Origin: Lingula anatina
Lineage: Eukaryota; Animalia; Brachiopoda
DNA: 64,000 bases
NCBI GenBank assembly: GCA_051362555.1
Contig: CM120641.1
Coordinates: 46,196,401 to 46,260,400, forward strand
Direction: 5' to 3'
The notes under the pieces were generated by a model. The model made no database searches, was not told the origin of the DNA, and worked only from the letters and a program-made list of their open reading frames with translations. Positions 1-11,395 of the stretch are shown here, one piece after another. The position numbers and the translations under genes were made by a program. Within the stretch, counting starts at the first letter, position 1. The number at the start of each line of letters is the position of its first letter.

Positions 1-454
1 TACTCAAAAGCCCCATGCCTGTACCTCGAGTTGATATCGGCATTTTAGCCAGGCCCACTACGTCAGATATATCTAGCGGTACCTGGTTCTAAAGATCTAA
101 AGGTTTATAGGAATCTGTTGGTGGATCTATCGGCACGTAAATTTAACGAGACGTAAATCTATTGAGACGTGTATATCGGGACGAATATTTTATTAGGACG
201 TTTATCTATATGGCGGACCCCAAAATCGCACGTCTCACTTGCGAGATCTACGAGATGCCAGTATGAAATGCCACGTACGGCCTAGACACTTACGATTTTA
301 GATATTTTTCAAAAGCTTAGACAAAATCATAGAGGATACAGAGGATGTAAATCCTCCCATTTTTGCATGATATTGCACAGCCATTGCCTTCCTCTGCAAG
401 GAATTTTCCTAAAAAGGGATATACGCGTAGTACATGGGCACGTTCAGGCTTCGC

Positions 455-669
455 AAGGAGAAGGGGGTTTAGAGGGGGTTCTGACTCCGCCCCCTTCGGT
501 TTCTGAAAAGAAACCACACTGATATGTCCCTCTTGACCGTACCAAATGGCACCGTTCGCTCTCTTAAATACCCAAAATGTCGAATCCCATTTAAACGGGG
601 GGAGGGGGGGGGTCAGCTTTGCATCCGCGGACACCCCCTCCCTCTTTAAATGTTCAGGATCCGCCATTG
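455..669 (-). mobile_element. Dispersed MITE-like repeat family A, copy 1 (partial)
   Basis: Shares blocks GGGGTTCTGACTCC-CCCTTC, GTACCAAATGGCACCGTTC and terminal GGATCCGCCA(T)TG with copies at 4130-4319, 13913-14134, 25720-25929 and 58398-58706. Confidence 0.7.
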
Positions 670-1179
670 GGAAGACAAATGCACCCGAGGCTTTTAATTT
701 AAGAGAAAGCATAATGAACATGATATAATGTTACGGCTAATAACCGCAATCGGTCTCTAGAAAAACGGGACTCTCCCGCAATCCAAAAAATTTCGTAATT
801 GAAACACCCGGTTTTTTCTTTTGAAAATAATCAGTTTGCGCTTAAAGGTAGCCTTGATGGAGCGTAAAACCACTTTTATCAGTTTCTTATACAATTCAAA
901 AATAATAGCACAGGCCATTCGATTAAATGCCATTATAGGCGTCCTCTCATTTTATGCGTTCCAATCTTTATTCAATATTTCATGTGAAACATGTATGGTG
1001 TTCATGAGTTGGAAAGGGTAGCCACTGCATATCCCCAAACTTCCCCACATTGTAAAGAGTAGTTTACGGAAACAATACGACCTAGGCCTATATGGATAAT
1101 TTTCACGTGCGTTTCGGTCGCACTCAAAACGAAATGATAAAGATTCTAGAAGCTGAGTTCACACGAAAGTTAATCACCC

Positions 1180-1281
1180 CCTAGCAGCTCCAGGATTGCT
1201 AATCTGATTGCATACAGTGAGAATCCTGGTGGAGTTGGATCAATCTACGTAGAATGATAGTTTCGTTGGGAACGCACCCTT
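1180..1281. mobile_element. Half copy of palindromic MITE family B
   Basis: TAATCTGATTGCATACAGTGAGA..GAGTTGGATCAATCTACGTAGAATGATAGTTTCGTTGGGAA matches the right arm of the element at 49642-49878. Confidence 0.55.
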
Positions 1282-1332
1282 AGATTCCGTTTGTAATTAT
1301 AATTCTTAAAATCGAAGAACATCTTAAAATGT

Positions 1333-1532
1333 TTCGGACTATCGAACCTTCGGACTAATGAACCTTCGGACTATCGAACCTTCGGACTAATGAACCTTCG
1401 GACCAATGGACCTTTAATTTTCGGACTAATGAACCTTCGGACCAATGAACCTTTTTGTTGAAAATCTGATGAAAAATTTACGAATTTTCGGACCAATGAA
1501 CCTTCGGACCAATGAACCTTCGGACTATCGAG
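1333..1532. repeat. 15-bp tandem repeat (TTCGGAC[TC]AATGAACC) in two blocks separated by a short unique spacer
   Basis: Units ttcggactaatgaacc, ttcggactatcgaacc and ttcggaccaatgaacc are read directly. The - strand ORF 1371-1646 is a translation artefact of this repeat. Confidence 0.9.
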
Positions 1533-3307
1533 ACGCCCCCGGTCCGGGGATACACTTGACCTTGTAGAGTATCGTATGTGACAGAATATTTGCACGACTT
1601 TGAGCATATTATATATGAAGGTATCACCACCGGGTTTATTGAACATTCGTGAACAGTTTCAATAACAACCTCTCACCTCCTCTCGCCTAAAATGAGCTAT
1701 ACCTGTTGTTATTTGCATAACAACAAAATGTTCATCTTAGTGCGAGCTGTCTTCCCGAATGCTCACTTGGTAGTAAGACAAAGTCGGTTGTAGAGGCAAC
1801 AGTATGTGTGGAGCAGTCAGAAGGTCGAGCTTTTATAAGGCGTGGAAGCAAATGTATGTTTGTGAGTATCACAATTTCTTCATCAACCACAGCCATTATA
1901 TATAGTACTTAAGGTGCAGAAGAATGAGAAAAATATTTACGACAAATATTTATGACATGATCCTTTTACTATATTTCCATTGTTACTTGTACATGTATGT
2001 CTCTCAGAATGGTAGAAATTATTGCTTAGAGTGCATTGGGACTCCAAATGTTCAGGATAATCGGTGCATTCATCTTACTTTTGATGATATTTAAAGTTTG
2101 CTTGAAATCTTCTGCACTTTATAACCCTCTGTTTGAACATTTATTTTTGTGCCCCGGCCTTGACAATTGATTTTGAATATTTTGACCTAATTTAAAATGT
2201 CGTGTGTTTTTAAATGTAAGTATTACTACCCAAATCAATAATTATTCATTGGATGATGCTTGTCACAGTTCCGAGCTTCTGGTCCAAGGATTTCGAGTAC
2301 CCATTATACAATCATTAACAGATGCATATTTTGCACAGCCTGTTGTCTCCATTGTGGCGTGTGTTCTTCCATTACACGGTTCACTGTATGAAAACTTATT
2401 ATATATGTGCAATATATTTGTTATAATTTTTGAAGAGAATTTGTAAATGATCTCTTGCTCTGAAATGCGCGTCAACATTTTGGTTTTACGCTAGCTGAAC
2501 CTGAACATCAGACAAGTTAATAAACGTGCACGCCATTATTTCATTTATTAGTGCCCTCTGCCCTGTGATGTTACATGCATTATTAGAATGTTAAGAGCCT
2601 GTCTGTTTACTTCAAAGTTGTAAACATTATTCTATCTTTTCAGGAGCTCAACGAGATTCTGCAAAGCATCCGCCTGAAAGCAACTTATGATGTCTAGCTT
2701 TTGTTTCACACACAGGAACCCAGGCTCCTTCATACATCTATTATGTGAAAACTCAATAAAAAAAAAACTTTTGAAATTTGGCGTTTTATTTTGCACTTTG
2801 TTATGAAAATATTATGATAAGGATAAAAGTAATCATAATTGAAAATGAGTTATTTTTAGTGATTGAGGACTTTCAAATTCATTCTGATCTGTAAATAATG
2901 TCAATGTTTTTGTGGTTGACGGTTTTCTGTGATACCTAAATTTTAATAGTAATAAGATTACCATAATTTTCTCAATAACCCCTCCAAGCTGTTTTAGCAC
3001 ACTGACATAAAATGTCTAAAATGGTTTCCAACGACCTACATTTTAAAGTTCAAATTTATATAAATTTAAGTTCCTGGTCTTTAAAAAATTCACATGAGAT
3101 TTTTGTTCTATATGGTACTTATTGGTTTGGATAAATTTTTTCCTATATTTTTTTATATAGGGAGGGTCCCACTTTGACGGGTTTTGGTTTTTGCTATCGT
3201 GAATTGTTTTAATTTGGTGGCCTATTCTTAGTTTAAATACCTAATTTGATATTTGAACGTAATAATGAAAAGATGGGATGATTCTTTTGTAAGCTTAAAT
3301 ATTATTT

Positions 3308-3795
3308 CACCCACCTGTTGCCCCTTCTAATGCAATGGCCTCGCCCCACCTTGTACCCCTTTAATACAATGGACTCGTCCCACCTGTCACCCCTCTGATG
3401 CAATGGATTCGTCCCACCTGTCACCCCTCTGATGCAATGGACTCGCCCCACCTGTCACCCCCCTCTGATGCAATGGACTCGCCCCACCTGTCACCCCCTC
3501 TGATGCAATGGACTCGCCCCACCTGTCACCCCCCCCTCTGATGCAATGGACTCGCCCCACCTGTCACCCCCTTTTAATGGAATTAACTCGCCTCACCTGT
3601 CACCCCTCTGATGCAATGGACTCGCCCCAACTGTCACCCCTCTGATGCAATGGACTCGCCCCAACTGTCACCCCTTTTAATGCAATGGACTCGCCCCACC
3701 TGTCACCCCTCTGATGCAATGGACTCCCCCCCTGTGACCCCTTTTAATGCAATGGACTCGCCCCACCTGCCACCCCTCTAATGGAACTGGATTGC
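3308..3795. repeat. About 33-bp minisatellite, roughly 14-15 copies (CCCACCTGTCACCCCTCTGATGCAATGGACTCG)
   Basis: Direct head-to-tail copies with variable C-run length and degenerate flanking units. Confidence 0.95.
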
Positions 3796-4129
3796 CCCAA
3801 ATAATACACCTTTTTTTGGAATGGAGTCGCCTGACATTCCACAGATTGAGTGGATTGAGTACTATTCAACTTCACGTCAAGTCGTCACTGCTAAACCTTT
3901 TCACTACTCCTGTGTTAGCTGGTCTTGTAAGCAATTTATTAGAATGGATTTTCTAGAATGAAGTTAAAACAATCCATTATTCATCACAAACGCCCATCAA
4001 CTATCAGGATTACTTGAAAACACCTTTTTGATAATTTTGATAAACCTTATAACATAATTGAAGTCTAATTTAAAGTTTTTTTTTTTTTTTTAACTTTTCA
4101 TCATGTCGGTAATCAACAAAAATGTATAA

Positions 4130-4319
4130 TATGGCCCCCCTCTTCCAATTAGAATTTTGACTAGCTGACTCATAGTACCAAATGGCACCATTCGCCCTCT
4201 AAATTCCAAAAAATTTCGGGGCCTTTCAGCAGGCCCAGAACCCCACGCCAAGGGGGGGGGGGGGAGGTCGGCTTCGAATCCGCGGACCCGCCCTTCAATT
4301 AATCCTGGATCCGCCCCTG
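4130..4319 (-). mobile_element. MITE-like repeat family A, copy 2 (partial)
   Basis: AATTAGAATTTTGACTAGCTGA..GTACCAAATGGCACC..terminal CCTGGATCCGCCCCTG. Confidence 0.75.
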
Positions 4320-4650
4320 TTATCTGACAAGATGTTATGACTGTCATGTCTTCCTGTACATTTCGGAAGGAAATATCTTCACCAGGTAAGCCCTACTTTT
4401 CTTTTATGGGCTTCATCGTTTTCAAGGTCTAGAATTGGGGGAAATAAGTAGCTTTGTAGGATATGTAATCAAAGAAAATACGCCGATGACTTTGGGACAC
4501 ATGCACCAATAGTCGGTCACCTTGCTACACTATAACTGAAATCTATACGTGCCTTCAAATTCTCCGCGCATTTTGAGAAAGATTTAATTTTAGGGATAAA
4601 AACAAATTACAAATAAAATCGTTTTAAGCGCTTCAAATGTTCGTAAAATA

Positions 4651-6311
4651 CAGGGTTACCACTTAATATGGAATATTATTTTTTGGCGAGTAAATTTTCT
4701 ACAAAATATTTAATTTCTCTCTAACTACTTTAAATCCAAAGCTGAGGTGTCACTCCATGTGTAGCCAGGTGTGTTACCTAATTACCACACAACTCTCGAA
4801 ACAATTGATGCATGCAGTTGCATGTTCTGTGGTCAGAAATGTGAGGGGTGGTCTTTTCGGCAATTTCTGCCCTTGTATAAAAACGCATGGGTGTGGTCAA
4901 TCTTTGGAGTGTGTTTAGAGAAGCAACAAAGGGATCGCTCTGAAACTTGGCAGGTACATTAGTGAAGATATGGTTCGACAGCTAAGCAACGCAGCTTACT
5001 ATGGGATTCTTGCTCTAAGAGAAAATGGCCAGAAACGGACAGCCATTGCCAGGTAATTCAACATTTATAAAGGAACCGTTTGTGAAGTTCTCCAAAGAAT
5101 TGCTGCAACAGGGGCACCTACTCCAATACCTCGACCAGGGTGTCCGCGTATCACACCAAGAAGACAGGATCGCCTTCTCCCTAGAGGACGCCGTGCTGGT
5201 CGTACAAAGACAACCAGTGTCCCCAGAAAAGAGAGGCAGAATGTCATTCAAACGCCCGTTTCAAGGTCCCTCGTGAACAAGAGATTACTGCAAGCCGGTT
5301 ATTTTGCACAAAGGCCAGTAGGGAAACCACTGTTAACAGGAGGTCATATACAGCGACGTCTGCAATGGGCTGGGGACCACGTGCGTTTGCAGCCAAAACA
5401 CTGGAATCACGTCGTTTTCAGTGATGAGGCCAGATATGGATTTTTTAGGGTTGATCGTCGAATTCGTGTCCACCGACGTGTACGAGGGACATAAACCGAT
5501 GATTGGGTACTGCCTAGGGTGCAAGCAGGGGATGGTAACGTCTCTGTTTGGGGAGCATTTCATGTTGGTGCCCAGAACCAGTTGGTTTTTCTAGGAGGCA
5601 ACCTCATCCAGGATTCCTACAGAAACATTCTACAGCAAACAATGCTTCGATTGGTAAGAGTCATCTTCAGGAACAACTTTGTGTACCAAGACGACTGCGC
5701 AACCCCACATCGAGGCCGCAGAATCACTGTTTTTCTTCAAAACCAATGGGTTCAGCAACTGCCCTGGCCTGCAAACTCTCCAGATATGAACCCAATTGAA
5801 AATCTGTGGGCGGAAGTAACTCACAGAATTAATAGCTATGGTCCTCGGCCGGGAAATAGTGATGAACTGCGACAGGCAAATATCACTGCGTGGAATGATA
5901 TCCCCAGCCAAACTCTAAAAAACGTGTCACAGGGTATGCCATGTAGGATGAGGGCGCTGCAAGCGGCTGCTGGAGGTCATACCCGCAATTACTGACTTTT
6001 CATGATTTACTGTAGTGAGTTCTTTGACTGTGTAACATATCACTGTCCGGAGGCTATCATTTTCTTTAATATCTTATCTCAAAGTTTATACTGACATCAA
6101 ACTGTTGATATGGTTTTCTGGGGGTGTTCCTTTCTTTTGAATGGCATCTTATGTCAGATTTAATATCATTGAACAAAATATCTCACAACAGAAGACTGGA
6201 TGTTATTATCACTCAGTGACATACTTTTTTAATGACTCAAGCCAAAAAAATTTTAATCAGCACTCAAAAATAACAATGATAAAAAATATTCCATATTAAG
6301 TAGCAACCCTG
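4651..6311 (+). mobile_element. Full-length Tc1-family (ITm/DD34E) DNA transposon, 1661 bp
   Basis: Left TIR CAGGGTTACCACTTAATATGGAATATT starts at 4651. The right TIR reads CAGGGTTGCTACTTAATATGGAATATT on the reverse strand and ends at 6311 (2 mismatches). TA target duplication at 4649-4650 and 6312-6313. Encloses a transposase. Confidence 0.95.
4970..5995 (+). pseudogene. Tc1 transposase, single reading frame with two premature TAA stops (5054, 5492)
   Basis: ATG at 4970 (MVRQLSNAAYYGILAL), GRPR-like PGCPR, WNHVVFSDE, VWGAF, YQDDCATPH...WPANSPDMNPIENLW. Second catalytic D to E spacing is 34. ORFs 5273 and 5519 are in frame with 4970. Confidence 0.92.
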
Positions 6312-6718
6312 TAATACGTTTTAAGAAGATAAAAGACGATGTGCTTCATTAAATTTTTTTTCTATTTTTTAAACGTGCACATGTTCTCCGCGACTTTATG
6401 CCGTTTTCAGATGCATTGCGTCATTTTCAGTAAGTTTTATCGATGAACCCATTACATCCAAACAAAATATTTGTCTTGACCTGTGTGTGTGGGGTGATTC
6501 TGCCTTGCCTCCATAGGTGGGCTGAATATTTCAACTAGCGCAACCCCCAAGTCTCCTCAAAAGCAGTGTTGCCTTGGTCCGTGTGTAATCATAGCCCTAC
6601 GCTTCCAGTCAGTTCCTCCAACACTCTGAAGACGAGGCTGGCTCTGGCTTAGGCCAGACAGCCAACATCCCGAGGAGAAGAAACATTTCGAGAGCCGACG
6701 CACCACTGTCCCCCAAAA

Positions 6719-6817
6719 ATGGCCGAAGAACAGCGTCTGGTCATCCAGCTGGCCGGTGGGGGTCCCTGGGGATTTCGGCTGAAAGGAGGCAGCACAAGCC
6801 CCCTTCAAGTGGCTAAG
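6719..6817 (+). CDS. PDZ / synaptopodin-2-myozenin-like Z-disc protein, coding exon 1 (PDZ N-half). Model join(6719-6817,13702-13853,14579-15279,16908-17849,21538-22397), about 917 aa
   Basis: MAEEQRLVIQLAGGGPWGFRLKGGSTSPLQVAK carries the PWGFRLxGG signature of ALP/Enigma/Zasp/synaptopodin-2 PDZ domains. Donor AAG|GTAAGG, phase 0. Confidence 0.9.
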
Positions 6818-7976
6818 GTAAGGTGATGGTTTTAACCTTGTACACCTGGGGAACAGCACATCGCGTTGCTGTGTGTGTTGATTAAACGCCAGCTCTAGTT
6901 TCAGCGTCTGCAGGCCACCGTGCGTCATGGTTCGATAATTTATACTAATGACATTAACAAATCGTTTCTGTAATTGCTACGGGCTACTGCGATTAAGCGG
7001 TTAACATCGCTGCTTTATTGCGTTCAAGTTTTTAAAAAGGTAACCAGACTGCTAACGGGGTATTGGCGTGTTATATTACGCATCTTTTCCCCTTAAAAGT
7101 GAAGAAGGCATTCTTATTACATTGTATTAGACCATATATACACTAGTGAATATATATATATATATGTGCTTTGAAGTTCTGCTTGTGCGCCGGTTGTGGG
7201 GTATTGCTGAATAAGCCGAAGAGATTTTATTGAAAAGACCTATGAACTCGCCTGGCTTTAAAACAAAACCCATTGGTTTATCTTATATATCGTAACAGAT
7301 ATTTTTAAATACAGCCATTATGCCTTGGTAGTTGTCGGACTATATGGATCTGCAAAGGCGTAGCAAGTCTAGTCGTATTTCATCTTTAGTTTTTGACCTT
7401 TTCCATCTTGGTCTTAGTTCGAACCTTTATGTATATAACACAGATCCTGCGTGTAATGATGAAGAGGGAAGTTTCAAAGTTGCCTCATCTTACAAAATAT
7501 TTCCTCATTATTTCTCTTATACATATCCGTCACTGAATCAAACCACATGTGAAAATGTCGCTTCACTTTTAATTTTGATTTCCCGCCCTCCATCAAGAGG
7601 AAAACTACTGACGTAATATCCCCCTCGTCCTAATCAGCTCCTCAGAGTGATATTATTGTTGCCTTTTTAATGAATTTGAGACGGTCCCTCGATGTCTTGA
7701 TTAAAGAAATGCACTAAAACTGATGTTTGCGTTGATGTGAAATATGCATCTGGGCGAAGGGAAAGCTGGGTTTGTAATTTTATGGAAGAAGTGGAGAAAC
7801 ATTTTTTTTTTTTTTTTTTTTTTTGGGGGGGGGGTTAGTTATTTGAATGAAGGACAACAAGCATACTTATATCATAGCCGACATGATACATGTAGCTGTA
7901 AAATTGCGCAGGGCAAAAACCCAAGTATTACCTGTACATCAAAGCGTTTGTGAAAAACATACCTGAACTCTTTGAA

Positions 7977-10900
7977 CACCCAAACCCAATATAGAGGTGC
8001 AAACGATGTCACAGGCATGTTCCTAAAAATATGTAATGCACAGATTACAAACTATGTTTGATTATTTTAGGGTCCCACGTAAAGAAGTTTGTATTAAAGT
8101 TTCACTTTCCTGGAACCTCGAATAATAAAAAATAATTCATCATCTTACCCCAAAAAGGAACATACGTTACTGTCACAAATGCATAACGTCTAGCTGTGGA
8201 AACGTTATAATCACTTTGAAAATTCAATCATCACGGGTTTTGTTCTTTAATTTATCTCCTACAAGTATAACGTTGTAAAATATTACGAAAAGCTTTTGTA
8301 TAGAGCAGTTAATTGTTTTTTAGCGACTTAAGTTTGCCTGTCACTGAATATTAAAAAAACGGGGAAAATACACCCTACCGACAGTAAAATAAGCATTAAA
8401 TAAATTATTTTCCCCCTCGTGCTCCAAATATTATATCTGAAATGTCAAACTATCAATGGAATCACTATAGATTTTTGTGTCAGCAAAAGAAAACATTGTT
8501 TTCTCTTGCACCAAGTACTTGCACAAAATGAAACATTTTGTCAATTTTCCTAGGGAACATACGTTACCTAGTATTAGCTGTAACGCAGGCCCCATTAGCT
8601 ACGGTTTAAATGTTTATAAAAAACGTCCTTACGTCATATTTAATTTAACATGATCGAATCACTTTAAAATATATAAGAGCACGTTATGAAAATAAAAATT
8701 AGGTGGCCTGGAACATACGTTACCGGAACATACGTTACCAGTGAAAATCTACTTGTACCCGAAACTGGCTCCGAAAGAAAAAATTAGCTTCTGTTTGAGA
8801 TGTGAGGTGGTTCTTTCTGACGTCTGCTCGAGCTAAAGCTTAGATGAGGTTAGTTACAAGTGTAAATAAATCCATAAAATCCACAGTAACGATGTAAGCG
8901 AAGTGAATGATTTTGTTGTAATAAAAATTTTAATTCAAATACAGAAATGAATGTCAAAGACGGAAATAAATGTCAAACAAGACTTTGGAAGGAAAAAATA
9001 ATCGCCAAAGAGCGCAGTGAGCGCAGTGCCAAATACATTGATACCGAACGGAACATCATTATTTCAGAAAAATGCGAAAACAAGATATATCGATCTCGTA
9101 AAAAATGAGGGTGACGCTTATTTGGAAGCGAAAGAAAACGGGTTCTAAATACTATGTAGGCCTACCTTCCGCCTCTTTATAAATGTCGTGAAAGACAAAA
9201 GAGGCATGCGAAGACTAAATCGCGAAAACGTAGACTTCACCAAAGGAAAGAAGAGCTCCTAGCTGCTATAGAAGTTCCCGAGGCAAGTCCACAGCAATCA
9301 CCACCTGAGAGACTTGTTGTGTGTGCGAGGTGGCCGCAACGTGGAAACGATTGAGAAGAAACTGAAGGCAGTCACAATGAACAATTAAAGAACTACAATC
9401 ACAGGTTAATTCCATAAGAAAGAGGGAGAATGCTATCCGGCAACGATTTAGCCATTGTAGAAGACGAAATACGGAACCACCTGAATTTCCCACAAGCCCC
9501 AAAATTAAGACAGAACGCATCATACAGCAGGCTATGCACCCAAGCTAACACTGTGCAGAAGCAATTACTTTTGTCTCCTCCATCCCAGTGTACCACAAAC
9601 TTTCATAGTCTTATTTATAACAAAAAGAAGGCAACAAAGAATATCGATTTGGTCAAACAAGGCCGCTTTTATCTTATAACCCCACCCTAATTATTTTAGC
9701 AATAATAACAATGTAGCAAATTGTTGCCTTTATCCTTAGGGATAAAAATAATATTATATATACATAAAATATTCAATAAGACTCATCATCCTAAAAATAT
9801 GATGACTTATAGAAAATGTTTTTTTTAGCTACAGTGGGTCAAGTTTAACGAGTTACACCAAGAAGTACGATGAAAAACATTGCGAAGATTGCGAAGAAGA
9901 AGATTGCGAAGACGTACCGTTGTCTCAGATTTCTTTCCGCTGCTACTGGTATTTGCCGGAATCGTTGGTCGAGAACTCGCGAAAAGGGGGATGAACTGAT
10001 CGAAAAGTCGACGGATGGGAGTAGCAGGAGCAAGCTGTATACATTTTTGAACGAGACGACTATAGTAGAGCCCAAGAGAGCCAGTAACCAAAAAAAAAAA
10101 AAAAAATCATCCATCACGTTGGCACAGTAAAAACACTGTATGAACATCTAAGAAATCTCAAGGAAACTTTTACAAGAAATCATGCAGCCTATAATTTGTC
10201 TTAAATAGCGACTGACAAGGACCGTAGAGACCCTTGAACTCTGAAGTGATATCTGTTTCTTATACCCACTCAATGGAAAGACTTAAAAACGTAATTTTGT
10301 GAGCCACTTACTTTTTATAGATGGAACAAACATGATATATATACATATTTTCTTTTAAATTCCCAAAAGGGCCGATATCTGCAAGACAATTTAGACCTTT
10401 CAGAGAGGATAGTAAAGCTCATTTGAACGAATTCTCTGATGTATTTGAAAACCTATAGGTGTGTTGAAAAAGGCTTCGTTTAAAGAGGTGGTAGGTAACA
10501 TGTTTCTGGGATCTGTGTTTCTTTACATGCAAATGATTAAGACGTTTGATACCCGGTTCGTGTTTGTGTAATAGGTTATCACTTTTGATGTCTGAGTTAC
10601 TTTTAAACACCTCAATAAATTCTACGAAAAAAAGAGAAAAAATATCTTATCAATATTTATTAAACTCGTGTCCCGTATCTTTTCTATGGCTGTGGAACAT
10701 ACGTTACATTACGGTATGCGTAGTATGCGAGGCGTAGTTGGTATTGTAAGTAATACACCCAAAATTTGAAACTGTCAATGAGTTTTAAATTCACGACGAA
10801 TATGACCAGTGGTAGATAACTTTTAGGTAACAAAGTTTTCAATTCTCTATGCAATTGACAATTACTGCTATTGAAAGAGTCATCAACGTGGACATTGTAA

Positions 10901-11286
10901 AGAAAAATTATCTTTAGTTTGAAAGTAATTTTCCTAGATCTGGTCAATTTAAAGGTATTTTCCTATCACTTTTCCATTATTAATGACTCATAGGGTTCTG
11001 ATAGTGTTTAGCTTGCACAAATTTCCACAGCACTCAACTAATGATCGTGTTTGTATCAGGCGATTCAGTGGTAACGTATGTTCTTTCTTACGCTTTTTTC
11101 ACTTCAAACGGCTATCAATTTATTTGCTTACAAAACAGAAACGCGTGGGCGTAAAATTGGGACATTTGTGGATTTTTGTTCTATACACATGTAAGTTTTA
11201 AAACATTGGATAATACATCGAATTCATTCAATTTCATTTTTTGAGACTTGAACTTGTGAAATGCACCTCTATATTGGGTTTGGGTG
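7977..11286. mobile_element. 3310-bp DNA transposon with CAC...GTG termini, 25-bp perfect TIRs and 4-bp TSD (Chapaev/CMC-like, decayed or non-autonomous)
   Basis: TIR CACCCAAACCCAATATAGAGGTGCA at 7977-8001 and its reverse complement at 11262-11286. TGAA flanks both sides (7973-7976, 11287-11290). The interior has stop-ridden Lys/Arg-rich coding-like remnants. Confidence 0.85.
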
Positions 11287-11324
11287 TGAAGCACAATGCT
11301 GTTTGCGTAACCACTTAACCCCCT

Positions 11325-11341
11325 TTCTCTCCCTCCCTCCC

Positions 11342-11377
<36 letters not shown>

Positions 11378-11395
11378 GCGCGCGCGCGCGCGCGC
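11325..11395. repeat. Compound microsatellite (CT)n(CA)n(CG)n
   Basis: Read directly from the sequence. Confidence 0.95.

Noticed and set aside
317-728. Overlapping ORFs 317-721 and 546-728
   Set aside because: They run through a MITE family A copy and show no protein family features.
3308-3795. CRISPR-like periodic array
   Set aside because: The units are contiguous with no unique spacers, the context is eukaryotic and there are no cas genes. It is a minisatellite.
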